Below, piece after piece: positions 36,009-46,403 of a stretch of DNA of 64,000 nucleotides. The translations under genes and the position numbers were made by a program. Below the pieces are notes generated by a model, which worked only from the letters and a program-made list of their open reading frames with translations, did no database searches and was not told where the DNA came from. Each line of letters opens with the position of its first letter. Position 1 is the stretch's first letter. The stretch lies in IMG/VR virus record IMGVR_UViG_2695420859_000012. One strand, given 5' to 3'. The DNA is from a virus (Duplodnaviria; Heunggongvirae; Uroviricota; Caudoviricetes).

Positions 36009-39000
36009 TTATTCTTTAGGTGAATTTAACTTCGTTTCAAGCTCCTCAACCCTTTTGGTCAATTGCTGAATATGATGAATGAGTGGTACAACCAAACGCT
36101 CATACATCACTCCTTCAGCGACCATACCATTTGAGGAAATATCTTCTGGAGAATCATTATTTGTTGGTTCACGCCAATGGACATATTGCGGGGCAATCTC
36201 ACCAACCTCTTCAGCAATAAGGCCGTAATACCCCCAATCCTTTCGGTCACCTCGACAAATTGAACGATACCAAACAGGTCTTAATGACAAAAGTTCATCA
36301 GCATATCGATCTTGTAATGTTTCAATATCCTTTTTATAGCGCCTTGAAGAGGTTGAACGCCAAACTGTATTGATACCTGGGTTTGGATCAATGTACATAT
36401 TGGCACCGCTAGTAGTTGTGCCAATATCCCATATAGCAAACCCTCCACTACCGCCTGATTTGACAACCAGTGTTTCAGCAATAATATCCAGGTTGCCACT
36501 ATAGCCTGTCAGTGATGATCTGCTTGCATAGGAACTTAGAAGGTTTGTTACCTCTGTTTTCGTGTAAGCATTAAGGTTAGCCGCAGTCAAAGTTATATCG
36601 GCAGAGCCATCAAACGCCACACCAGCAATTTTCCTTGCTGTCTGCAATTTTGTGGCGGTTGCGGCATTACCAGTAGTGTTCTGATTACCAGTTGTATTCA
36701 CACCAGGGATTGAATCCTTAGCGGTATATACCTGCGCCCACGCTGACCATGCCGCACCTGTGTTATCTCTTCGTGAGCGAATGAAAACTGGCGCATGTGC
36801 ACCGCTCGTACCACTCCAGCCAATAAGCAACTCTCCCTCACCAGCAGCACTCGCACCTTTCATGTGCAATACGTTGCCATACATGGTCGGGTAGCTATTG
36901 TTGTACGCCTCGTACATTTGAATGCCAGCAGTGCCTTGAGTAGAGCCGCTTAACGCCGTAACTCGGCCACGAGATACCAATGTATTAATGTTGATATCGC
37001 CTGAGCCATCAAACTTAACACCATTGATGTTTCTCGCTGTTTGCAACTTCGTAGCTGTTGAAGCATTACCGTTCAAACTACCATTTACGCCACCAGTCAC
37101 ATTTAGTCCATTACCAATTGATACAGCACCGCTGGTATTATTAATTGTAATAGGTCGCAAACCGTTCCATGAACCTAATGTGTCTCCTGATGCTGTTAGC
37201 ATGAAATATGTGTTCGATCCATCATTACGGATAAAGAACCCAAAGCTACCGTAAGCAATGCGGAAACCATTTGCATATTTTGAAATGATCTCGCCAGAAG
37301 ATGTCAAACCTCCAGATAATGTACCACCGGTAAGAGGTAATGCACCGACATCAGAGGCTGTTGGTTTGTTTTTCGTGTTATATACTCTTCGCCATCCCGG
37401 AGAATAATCTGTGCCATTAAATACATAGATAAACTCCGCATTAGTGAGAGCACCAGAGACACTCGTCGTTGTGGCCGTTGTTATACGGATCGTATAATTG
37501 TTTGAGCTACTACCGTTATTAAATACCTCTATAACAGCTCCTGCCAATGGAATAACGCCACAACCAGTTTCACTATTTGGTATGGTTGCACTATTGGCAT
37601 AGGCCCACGCACATCGAGCAATCCATGACTTTGTGTTAAATGCTCCATTATTTTGCAATAACGTCACTAACTGTGCTGTTGTTATTGCTCCGCCATTACT
37701 TCCTGTAGTTAACCAACCAGTAGGAGATGCCGGGCAACCTATATTTGCTGGCGACAAGGAAATATTTGCCGAGCCGTCAAACGACACCCCATTGATAGTA
37801 CGCGCAGTCTGCAACTTCGTAGCAGTAGCCGCGTTGCCCGTTGTATTCTGATTACCAGTCGTATTAACACCTGGCAAATTAATATTCGCAGTACCATCAA
37901 AGCTCACGCCGCCGATAGTTCTTGCCGTCTGAAGTTTTGTAGCAGTTGCAGCATTACCAGTGGTGTTCTGATTACCCGTAGTATTTACACCTGGAAGGTT
38001 GATATTTGCAGAACCGTCGAAACCAACTCCACCGATAGATCTTGCCGTCTGCAATTTCGTTGCTGTACTTGCATTACCATTTAATGTTCCGGTGATCCCA
38101 CCAGTAACAGACAACGGACCTGAAACTGTTCCTCCGGTTGTTGGCAGTGCTCCAATATCTAACGGCGTCGGTTTCTGATGTGTGCTATACATCGTATAAA
38201 CAACACCATCGGTAACGCTGGAAGGCTTACTAGCTGAATATGTTGGCGATGTATAAATAGAAACTGTCGCATTTGCAGTACAATCCCAATGGATATTTAC
38301 ACGAGTCGCATAATTGCCAATCTCAACGTAAATATCATATGTATCGCCGGATGTGTTGATCCAGGCGAAATTCGTTAATCCGACAGCTGTACGCTTCCAC
38401 AAAGCACCTGTAATCCCTTTGGGGTTTCCATTGCCTGCTCGTAGAACCAGTTCTGAAATGCCTGCCTGATGTGGGGAGCCGACGTTGTAACCAGCGCCAC
38501 CAATCAATGCGATGTAAACGATGGAACTCGCTTGTGGCATGGTAACCGTAGCCAGTTTGAACCACCCTGCCCCGCCAGAGAAAGACATCGTTACTGAATT
38601 TAAAGTACCAATATCTTTCGGCGTTAATGTGATATCCGCAGTCAGTGCTTTACCGTTAACTTTTCGGTTAGATGGCACCCTGCTATTCGCATTGTCATTG
38701 GCTGCTTTAACTGCTTTTGGCGTTGCGGCCAGCGATTCACTGGTGCTGTCGACAGCACTGCTAAGTTTCACAACACCTTTAGTTGTAAGGCTTGCGTCTT
38801 CCATCGCAACTGCACCGGCAATCTCTTCAGCACGATCAGCAGCAGCTTCCGCACGGGTCGCAGCGGATTCAGCAGCAGTTTTGCTCTGAGATGCTGCCGT
38901 CGCACTGCCTGCCGCCTCTGTTGCTTTCGTGGATGCCGTCGTGGCGCTGCCCTTCGCTGCTGACGCCTGTCTGGTCGCCTCATCTTTTGAAGCAGACGCA

Positions 39001-40166
39001 GATGATGCCGATGACGCTGCCGAACTGGCGGACGATGCGGCTGCCGTTTTTGAGGATTCTGCACGGGTTTCCGACGCTTTCGCGTTCGTTTCGGATGTCT
39101 TCGCTGCGGAAGCAGACCTCGCTGCTGCGCTGGCCTGTTCAGTGGCTTCGCCAGCCTTCGTTGTGGCTGTTGAAGCAGACGATGCGGCACTTTCTGCCGA
39201 TTTTCCGGCGGCTGTGGCACTGGCTGAGGCCTGCCCGGCACTTGTTGACGCGGCACTGGCAGACGACGCAGCCGCTGTTTTTGAGCCTGCTGCAGCCGAG
39301 GCGCTCTGTCCCGCTGCCGTTTCAGAAGACCTGGCGTTCGTCTCGGACGTTTTTGCCGCCTTCGCGGAATTTCCTGCCGCCGTTGCCGAGGAAGCTGCGC
39401 TACTGGCGCTCGAGGATGCGTTCGTTTCTGATGATTTCGCTGCCTCTTTTGAGGCCGCCGCATCCCGGGCTGAGGTGGCAGCTTCTGACGCTTTCGTGGT
39501 CGCGGTGGATGCAGAAGTGGCTGCTGATTGTTGTGACGCTGCGGCATTCGTTTCAGATTTTTTCGCAGCAGTTGCACTCGCACTTGCGGCACTTTGTGAG
39601 GATGCCGCAGCGGATGCACTTTGAGACGCTTGAGAGGCTTTTTCTCCAGCGGTATTGGCGCTTTCTGCTGCTGCGGCAGCACTGGCCGCCGCCTCACGAG
39701 CTTTGTCGCCAGCAGCATCAATCGCGTCAGTGTTATTTTTATACCACTCAACGTTTTCGTTGTGCTCGTTGACGATCTGCATTAGCGGCTTAACGGTTAC
39801 TTCTGAACCGTCTTCACGCTCGATTGTCACCTCATCCAGAGCAGTCAACCAACTGCGCATGGACTTGGAATCAGCCGACATACGCGACATTAGTGCTGTA
39901 AAGCGCGCGCTAAACTGTGTTAAGTCGCCTTCATAGGTCGTAATGATTCGGCACGGAACTTCAGACTGAGTTTCGCCGGTATAAGGTTCTGAGAGAACAA
40001 TGTTCGTATCACTGGTTACGCGCTTGATCTCATACAGCTTATTGTCGGGGCCAATGACGATCATCCCCGGCAACACACCATTAGCTGTTACGTTCCAGGC
40101 TGTCCCTGCCCCAACCAGAGTATTGCTGCCCTGTGTAAATGTGATAGTACCTTCCCTGTACCACAT
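36009..40166 (-). CDS. Long tail fibre with C-terminal intramolecular-chaperone domain
   Basis: 1385 aa; Ala/Ser/Thr-rich shaft; repeated NAATATKLQTARTIGGVSFDG fibre motifs; C-terminal ...SSRRYKKDIETLQ... region resembles the S74-type chaperone as recalled. Confidence 0.8.
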   Translation of the reverse strand: MWYREGTITFTQGSNTLVGAGTAWNVTANGVLPGMIVIGPDNKLYEIKRVTSDTNIVLSEPYTGETQSEVPCRIITTYEGDLTQFSARFTALMSRMSADSKSMRSWLTALDEVTIEREDGSEVTVKPLMQIVNEHNENVEWYKNNTDAIDAAGDKAREAAASAAAAAESANTAGEKASQASQSASAAASSQSAASASATAAKKSETNAAASQQSAATSASTATTKASEAATSARDAAASKEAAKSSETNASSSASSAASSATAAGNSAKAAKTSETNARSSETAAGQSASAAAGSKTAAASSASAASTSAGQASASATAAGKSAESAASSASTATTKAGEATEQASAAARSASAAKTSETNAKASETRAESSKTAAASSASSAASSASSASASKDEATRQASAAKGSATTASTKATEAAGSATAASQSKTAAESAATRAEAAADRAEEIAGAVAMEDASLTTKGVVKLSSAVDSTSESLAATPKAVKAANDNANSRVPSNRKVNGKALTADITLTPKDIGTLNSVTMSFSGGAGWFKLATVTMPQASSIVYIALIGGAGYNVGSPHQAGISELVLRAGNGNPKGITGALWKRTAVGLTNFAWINTSGDTYDIYVEIGNYATRVNIHWDCTANATVSIYTSPTYSASKPSSVTDGVVYTMYSTHQKPTPLDIGALPTTGGTVSGPLSVTGGITGTLNGNASTATKLQTARSIGGVGFDGSANINLPGVNTTGNQNTTGNAATATKLQTARTIGGVSFDGTANINLPGVNTTGNQNTTGNAATATKLQTARTINGVSFDGSANISLSPANIGCPASPTGWLTTGSNGGAITTAQLVTLLQNNGAFNTKSWIARCAWAYANSATIPNSETGCGVIPLAGAVIEVFNNGSSSNNYTIRITTATTTSVSGALTNAEFIYVFNGTDYSPGWRRVYNTKNKPTASDVGALPLTGGTLSGGLTSSGEIISKYANGFRIAYGSFGFFIRNDGSNTYFMLTASGDTLGSWNGLRPITINNTSGAVSIGNGLNVTGGVNGSLNGNASTATKLQTARNINGVKFDGSGDININTLVSRGRVTALSGSTQGTAGIQMYEAYNNSYPTMYGNVLHMKGASAAGEGELLIGWSGTSGAHAPVFIRSRRDNTGAAWSAWAQVYTAKDSIPGVNTTGNQNTTGNAATATKLQTARKIAGVAFDGSADITLTAANLNAYTKTEVTNLLSSYASRSSLTGYSGNLDIIAETLVVKSGGSGGFAIWDIGTTTSGANMYIDPNPGINTVWRSTSSRRYKKDIETLQDRYADELLSLRPVWYRSICRGDRKDWGYYGLIAEEVGEIAPQYVHWREPTNNDSPEDISSNGMVAEGVMYERLVVPLIHHIQQLTKRVEELETKLNSPKE

Positions 40167-40258
40167 GTTGAATATGCTCCTTGATTTGGTGGGCTATCCT
40201 TGCCCACCATTAAGTATGTACCTACTTATTTTTACCGATATAAATATTTTTTTCTACA

Positions 40259-43200
40259 TTACAGAAGGCCAATTCTTACTCGTAGGACGTTGTTATCGTC
40301 ATAAACGTCAATCCGCTGACCATTTATGACCAGTCGCCCATTACCCCCGCTATTACCGTTGATCTCAAGCGTTCCATTTTTGCCGAACCGCCATCCAGAT
40401 CTACCGCTAACAAAATTGGTAGATTGCAGATCGCCTACTTTTGCATTGGTGATTGTGCCATCCTTGATATACGCACCATTCATATAGGCGATACTGTTTT
40501 CGATAACAAATGGCGTGGTGATCTTCCCGTTAACAGAGTTGACCAAACCAAACCTGTCAGCCTGCACCAAAAACTGAGAAAGGCCAGTGGTGTCGATACC
40601 AAGCGCAATACCAGCAACATACTTCTGCCCTCCGCTCGTTGAAGTTTCCATTTTCAACGTCCACGCGGTTGACACTTTTTTGTTGGTATCAGCAATAGCT
40701 GTTGCCTGCTGTTGAATTGTCGCGGTATTTCCATCCACCTCTGCTTTCAGAGTATCGATTCGCCCACTCAGAGCATTATCTGCCTGCGTTCTCGCTGTCG
40801 TTTCAGTTGTTACCGCCGCGGAAATGTTGGCTGCCGTTTGAGACTCTAAGTTTGTGATTTGAGTCGCCAATGCAGCATCTTGCTCTGTACGCGTTTTCGT
40901 TTCGGTTGCTACAGCCGCTTTAATATCCTCTTTGTATTGAGAGGTCAGCTTGGTGATCTGAGACGACAACGCCGAGTCAGCATCAGTTCGAGCCTGCGTT
41001 TCAACTGCAACGGCCGCACTAATATCTTTCGCTGTCTGTGCTTTTAAACTTGAAACCTCTTTTGTTAAAGCGGTATCACCATCAGCACGAGCCGTTGTTT
41101 CTCTGGCAAGAGATGCCTCGAGATCATTAGCTTTTGCTGTAAGAGACGAAATCTGAGTGGACAATGCACTATCGGCATCAGTCCTTGCCTTTGTCTCTAC
41201 AGCAACCGCTGCGGCAATATCAGTTCCGGTTTGTGCTCGCAGGCTGTTAATTTCTCGTGAGAGCGCCTGGTCAGCACTTGCTCTGGCCTCCTGCTCCTGA
41301 GTGATGGCAGCGGATATATCACCGTCAACCTTTGACTGAAGCTGGTTTATTTGTTTGGCTAACGCAGAGTCCCCGCTTGCTCGGGCCTCCTGCTCACTAC
41401 GTATTGCAGCAGAAATATCATCATCAACCTTTGCCTGAAGTTGGGTGATCTGGCTTGCCAGAGCCGAATCTTCCGTTGCTCGGGCTTCTTGCTCTTCCTT
41501 AATAGCTGCGACGATATCGTTGCTTACTTTCGACTCAAGCTGAGTGATCTGTGTCGTCAGAGCTTCATCGGCAGATGTGCGAGCCTCCTGCTCTGTACTA
41601 ATCGCCGCGCTGATATCTCCTTCAAACTTAGATTGCAGCTGAGTGACACGCTTTGCCAACGCTTCATCGCCATCGGCACGAGCGGTGGACTCTTCCAGAA
41701 TACTGGCCTTAATGTCTTCGCCAATTTCTACGCGAATTTCCTCAACCTTCGTGGCCATTGCAGACATATCATCAGCAAAGGTTTTCTGTGTTGTTGCGAT
41801 CTTCGCGTTATTGACCATCTGCTTGTGCTGGTCTTCATCTTGACGAAGAGCTAGGTCAATATTTGTTTTGGCTAACGCCTCAATGTTCGTAGTCAGTTCT
41901 GCACTGGCACGATCGACCTCTGCAACCGTCTTTTTCATTTCTTCAACGGCAGCGGAGCTTTCCTCTACCGTTGACTGCAACACTTCCAGTTGTTTAGCGT
42001 TTGCAGCATCGCCTTCAACACGAGCCTCGCTTTCCTTAGCAATAAGAGCCGCCGCTTCATCTCTTGCAGCCTTTATTGCCTCGACTGTATTAGCGAGAGC
42101 TTTATCGTGTTCAGATACGGTGTTTTCGATTTCAACAATTGCAGCATCAGTAGCATCAATTTTTTCAAACGCTTCATTGACCTTGTCGATCGTTGCCGAA
42201 ACCTCACCTTTAAGCTCGGTTTGTGCGTTCTCCAAAGCATCGCTACGCTCGTTGAATTTTATTTCAAAACCCGCGAGGTTATCGCTGAACTGCTTATCTA
42301 ATTCAGCTATATCTTCCTTAACGTCGTTTACCGACCCCTCCAAAGATTCGACGCTCTGGTTGATATGCTCATTTAACTCGTCAACTGCTTCTTGAGAGGC
42401 TTTGCTGTTGATGTCCTCAAGCAGAGCCTGACCAAGCTCGGAAGATGTAATTTTGCCAGCCAGGAACGACAGTACATCGCGAGTTGTCGCCTCTGTACCC
42501 AAGTTTGAGTTCGGAGGGCTTAACATACCTCGCTTGTTCGATGCTCGAACCCAGTAATACCACGTTTCGCTATCCCCAAGGCCAGCATGTGTAAAGGTGG
42601 TGCTTGCAGACTCTGCGATCAGTTTCGCCGTATCCAGATTGTTGGTCTGGGATGCGTAAACATTAATGTGATCAAGGTCTACCGAATCTGGATTAACCCA
42701 ATTCAGTATCACATTACGATAGTCTCCAACGGCCGTTAATGACGTTGGTGCATCCGGCGGTGTCATTGTGCCCAGCACCTGATAAACGGTACTGATAATT
42801 TCTGTTTTTTTACCGTTGAATGAAACCGCATACAGTTGGAAGTCGTAGCGTCCATTCTCCGCGACATTAACGATTTCGTATTGTTCTTCGGTTACACGCG
42901 CCGATTGCCAGTTCGATACATTGTTTTCATCAGAACGTCGCCAACTGATCCAATACTCTGGAGATTTCCCTTCCCATGTTGCAGTCAGTTTTACTGACAG
43001 GTTGCCCGGGCTTGAGAGGTAAGTCCCTTCAGTGATTTGCAAATTAGACGGCTTGGAGTAAGTCGGGTCCAATACCGTCGTATTCTGCGGGATAAGCGTT
43101 GCACCATTGTCGATCGCCTCATATTTAGACGGATTGTTTTCAACAGCGGTGATGTCAAAGCTACCCGACGTTTCCCCCTGAGCGATGTTAACGATGCGAA

Positions 43201-44989
43201 CGCGCATAGGTTCGAGATCTGGTTCTGTAATTGTCCAGACACCGTTCAAAACAGGCGTTTCCGCTGACGACAGAGCTTTTGAAAACGTAACCTTTGTTAT
43301 GTTTTCGCCAGTTTCAAGAACATCGCGCTCAACGATTTTGCCTTCCTGATTCAATATCCGAATAAAGCTGCCGCTTTTAGCTAACGACACAGGCGCATCG
43401 AGAGTGATGCTGTTTTTGGTAAACTCCACAATTCGACCGGAGTTACGTTTACCTGCACGATATTTGTTCTGAATCAGAACGGTTTCACCGGGCATCAGAA
43501 ATGAGGCGTCTAAGCCGGCAGTAAATGTAATTACATCCGACTCCATTCTGGCGGTATACAAAAGCCACAAACCAACTCGGTGAGCCTGGCCTCGGCTTGT
43601 ACATCCAAATGCTACGACTTCTGTTTTACGCTCACCATAACGGCGCATTGCGTCCTGATCTTCAACGTACTCGATGTTTTGCTTATAACCGTCCTCCTTG
43701 TTGTTGTAGGTTACGAGCGCAACGGATGGGCGATCTTTACGCGCAGAACCTTTATAGGTAAACAGTCCATCTTTGACGTTGGAGTTGGTAAACATCATTA
43801 CTGGATCTGATGGGCTATCCTGCATGATGTTAACCATGCCACCAGCCCAAAACACCATGCCGCGGAATGCACCGGCAATATCCTGAATTAATCGGTATGC
43901 GTCTTGTCGACTGGTGATCTGCGTATTGATTGCAAAGCGTTTCTCTTTACCCCCAAAGCCATCATCGACCTCTTCGTCACAATATCGACCAATCTGGTAG
44001 AGCTGGCCGAGGTCAATCATGGATTCCGACACAAATTGCCCAAGACCATACCGAGTATTGGTAAGCAAATCGTAGAGAATCCACGCAGGGTTTGAAGAAG
44101 ACAACAGCTTAAAAGTACCGTCCCATACGCCGACATAAGTATTGGTGTATTCGTTGTAGTTTGACGGTACTCGGATTTTGATACCGCGCACCAAATACGA
44201 ACGGGAAGGCATTGTGCTACCAAACTGCTCTGAATTGACCTTCAAGCCAACAAGAGCAGAGTTAGGGTAGTTCATTGGCGTGTCGACAATCTCACCTATG
44301 GAATCAACCCATGTGTCGTTGTAGAGGTACTGGCTACTGTTATCATCTGTAAGACGAATCACCCTAACCTTGTATGCACGACCAGGCTTAGGTAGTTTCA
44401 GCTCATAGCTACGGTAATACACGCCGGTTTTCTTTGCCGTTAGCGTGATATCAACGCTTTTCTCACCTTCTGCCACTACATCAGAAAATGTTGCGTCTCC
44501 GTTGGCGATCTGGAATTTGTACTTCACCGTAGTGCCATTTGTATCGCCAGAGCTTTTATCAACGCTACGTAAAGAGGGGAATTTCATGATGACACGAACG
44601 CGATCAGCTTCATCGTTATCGATTGAAACCGTAACGTCGTGTGTTTTTTTAAGCTGAATATTTACGGACTTAGGCGTTTCGACAAAATCAAAACCAGCCA
44701 TTGGCGTCTGGTCTTGTGAGCCGTCACGAAAATCCCATGTAATACCGCTGAAGTTGGAAGAGCCATCTTCATTCAAGATCGGTAAATCGTCGATGAAGAT
44801 CGACTTTGCGCCATTTACCAGGCCACCGATAACCCCCTCGCCAAGAAGGTCGAGGATGGCTGCCATAGCACGAGAATTGACAGTATCATCAGCTTCAACC
44901 GGGGTACGGCTGGAGCTTTTACTTTTCTTGCCACCAGCACCGGCAATAAGAAGCGGTAATTTTTTCTTCTTGAACTGTTCCATGTCCAA
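40259..44989 (-). CDS. Central tail fibre / host-specificity protein (lambda gpJ-like)
   Basis: 1576 aa following gpI-like gene; contains about 33-aa tandem coiled-coil repeats. Confidence 0.75.
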   Translation of the reverse strand: MDMEQFKKKKLPLLIAGAGGKKSKSSSRTPVEADDTVNSRAMAAILDLLGEGVIGGLVNGAKSIFIDDLPILNEDGSSNFSGITWDFRDGSQDQTPMAGFDFVETPKSVNIQLKKTHDVTVSIDNDEADRVRVIMKFPSLRSVDKSSGDTNGTTVKYKFQIANGDATFSDVVAEGEKSVDITLTAKKTGVYYRSYELKLPKPGRAYKVRVIRLTDDNSSQYLYNDTWVDSIGEIVDTPMNYPNSALVGLKVNSEQFGSTMPSRSYLVRGIKIRVPSNYNEYTNTYVGVWDGTFKLLSSSNPAWILYDLLTNTRYGLGQFVSESMIDLGQLYQIGRYCDEEVDDGFGGKEKRFAINTQITSRQDAYRLIQDIAGAFRGMVFWAGGMVNIMQDSPSDPVMMFTNSNVKDGLFTYKGSARKDRPSVALVTYNNKEDGYKQNIEYVEDQDAMRRYGERKTEVVAFGCTSRGQAHRVGLWLLYTARMESDVITFTAGLDASFLMPGETVLIQNKYRAGKRNSGRIVEFTKNSITLDAPVSLAKSGSFIRILNQEGKIVERDVLETGENITKVTFSKALSSAETPVLNGVWTITEPDLEPMRVRIVNIAQGETSGSFDITAVENNPSKYEAIDNGATLIPQNTTVLDPTYSKPSNLQITEGTYLSSPGNLSVKLTATWEGKSPEYWISWRRSDENNVSNWQSARVTEEQYEIVNVAENGRYDFQLYAVSFNGKKTEIISTVYQVLGTMTPPDAPTSLTAVGDYRNVILNWVNPDSVDLDHINVYASQTNNLDTAKLIAESASTTFTHAGLGDSETWYYWVRASNKRGMLSPPNSNLGTEATTRDVLSFLAGKITSSELGQALLEDINSKASQEAVDELNEHINQSVESLEGSVNDVKEDIAELDKQFSDNLAGFEIKFNERSDALENAQTELKGEVSATIDKVNEAFEKIDATDAAIVEIENTVSEHDKALANTVEAIKAARDEAAALIAKESEARVEGDAANAKQLEVLQSTVEESSAAVEEMKKTVAEVDRASAELTTNIEALAKTNIDLALRQDEDQHKQMVNNAKIATTQKTFADDMSAMATKVEEIRVEIGEDIKASILEESTARADGDEALAKRVTQLQSKFEGDISAAISTEQEARTSADEALTTQITQLESKVSNDIVAAIKEEQEARATEDSALASQITQLQAKVDDDISAAIRSEQEARASGDSALAKQINQLQSKVDGDISAAITQEQEARASADQALSREINSLRAQTGTDIAAAVAVETKARTDADSALSTQISSLTAKANDLEASLARETTARADGDTALTKEVSSLKAQTAKDISAAVAVETQARTDADSALSSQITKLTSQYKEDIKAAVATETKTRTEQDAALATQITNLESQTAANISAAVTTETTARTQADNALSGRIDTLKAEVDGNTATIQQQATAIADTNKKVSTAWTLKMETSTSGGQKYVAGIALGIDTTGLSQFLVQADRFGLVNSVNGKITTPFVIENSIAYMNGAYIKDGTITNAKVGDLQSTNFVSGRSGWRFGKNGTLEINGNSGGNGRLVINGQRIDVYDDNNVLRVRIGLL

Positions 44990-45000
44990 AAAATCCTTGA

Positions 45001-45591
45001 TTACATAAGCTGGTCGATGGTGATAGAAGAACTCACGACCTGTGAGCCAACTAAAATTTCCTCGCCATAGATAAGCTGTACAGGGTTCCCCTGGTTTGTT
45101 GTGTTTTGAGGTCCATCAAAGTAATAAGAGTTCGAGTTATCCGCCTGCCTCACACTTTCGTTAGTGGCTTGCGGAGATATGATTTGCGCTATACCGCCCA
45201 TCATCAGTGACAAACCGAGAGGCGCAAGAGCGGGCACCCATATCGAGGCAACCATTAATACTGCTCCAACAACCGTCTGAAACCATCCAAAAGCAGATCC
45301 ACCACTTCCTCGCGGAACAGGGGTAATGCGGATTTTTGCAATATTGTCAGACTGCCCCATCATCTGATATTCACTCTCGTCCACAGACCACTTGTGGCCC
45401 TGTTTATTGGTGATCTGGATGTGGTATCTGTCATAGGTTTTGATATTGCGCTTCATCCATGCTTTAAACCCAGGCTTGTTGGCCTCAATTAAATCCAGAG
45501 CCTGTTTTGTATTACGCACCTTTAGATGCCAGTGGCGGCCAAAATGTTTGGCCATAGGGCCGCCAAGCTGCACATGAACTAACTCAGACAC
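45001..45591 (-). CDS. Tail assembly protein (gpI-like)
   Basis: Gene order M-L-K-I-J; C-terminal hydrophobic segment. Confidence 0.6.
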   Translation of the reverse strand: MSELVHVQLGGPMAKHFGRHWHLKVRNTKQALDLIEANKPGFKAWMKRNIKTYDRYHIQITNKQGHKWSVDESEYQMMGQSDNIAKIRITPVPRGSGGSAFGWFQTVVGAVLMVASIWVPALAPLGLSLMMGGIAQIISPQATNESVRQADNSNSYYFDGPQNTTNQGNPVQLIYGEEILVGSQVVSSSITIDQLM

Positions 45592-46403
45592 GTCTCATCT
45601 CCCTTGAGCAAGTCTCTGTGACGCAAGTGATGCGTCGTATGTTTCTGATACATTCCGCCGTAATAAGCACGACAACTTAGGCGGTCGATCTGGTGATGAA
45701 GAATCATTCCATCGCCGATATAAACCGCGCAGTGGTCAGGCATTTTCCCGTATTGGATAAAGAATACGTCCCCACGTTGAGGCTCTGTTCCGGGCGCAAG
45801 ACGCACCAATCCCTCGTTACGGTAGTTCTGATCGAGAATGTCGTTATCGCCGGTGTACCACGATGGAATATGCAGGTGTGCGTTCGGGTTTAGTTCGACG
45901 TTAAACTCACGCTTCAAATAGTCCCGACACAACATCCAGCAATCAAATACGCCAAATACATACGGTCTGCCCAGGTATGGCATTTCGAAACCATCAGGTG
46001 TGATCACATTCATCTCGCTAAAATGGAAAGGGGCATCTCCCTCAACATTCTTGCGAATAGCCAGAATCATCCACGGAACTTCCGTCGCTTCGCAGCCTGC
46101 ACGATCGGCATCAGATGCTTCTGCTGATTCATCAGTATGTGAATGCCAGATTGCGATAACATCACCCGCATCCTCTGCCGCCATAATGTCGTCAACGTGC
46201 ATTACAAAAGTGTTCTGCGGGTTCTCCGAAACATTCCGCGCTTCCATAAAGCGATATTTGTCGCCATTAGTTCTAACCAGAAAGCCACACGCTTCATTAG
46301 GGTAGCGATTTATGGCGCAGAGATAGATTTGCTGCATAACGTCAGAGCCAAGCTCAGGGATTGCTTTATTACCCATACCGCGTAGCTCCAATAAATCCGC
46401 CAA
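45579..46403 (-). CDS. Tail assembly protein (gpK-like, JAB/MPN + NlpC/P60-type)
   Basis: HSHTDESAEASDADRAG metalloprotease-like motif; position between gpL-like and gpI-like. Confidence 0.6.
   Translation of the reverse strand: MADLLELRGMGNKAIPELGSDVMQQIYLCAINRYPNEACGFLVRTNGDKYRFMEARNVSENPQNTFVMHVDDIMAAEDAGDVIAIWHSHTDESAEASDADRAGCEATEVPWMILAIRKNVEGDAPFHFSEMNVITPDGFEMPYLGRPYVFGVFDCWMLCRDYLKREFNVELNPNAHLHIPSWYTGDNDILDQNYRNEGLVRLAPGTEPQRGDVFFIQYGKMPDHCAVYIGDGMILHHQIDRLSCRAYYGGMYQKHTTHHLRHRDLLKGDETCLS

Noticed and set aside
38768-39772. Long ORFs on both strands inside the tail-fibre gene (38768..39751 minus, 38792..39772 plus, 38929..39624 plus)
   Set aside because: They lie within the Ala/Ser/Thr-rich repetitive shaft-coding region of the 1385-aa fibre; GC-rich, stop-poor repeats generate long shadow frames, and their translations are low-complexity Pro/Arg/Gln or Ala strings.
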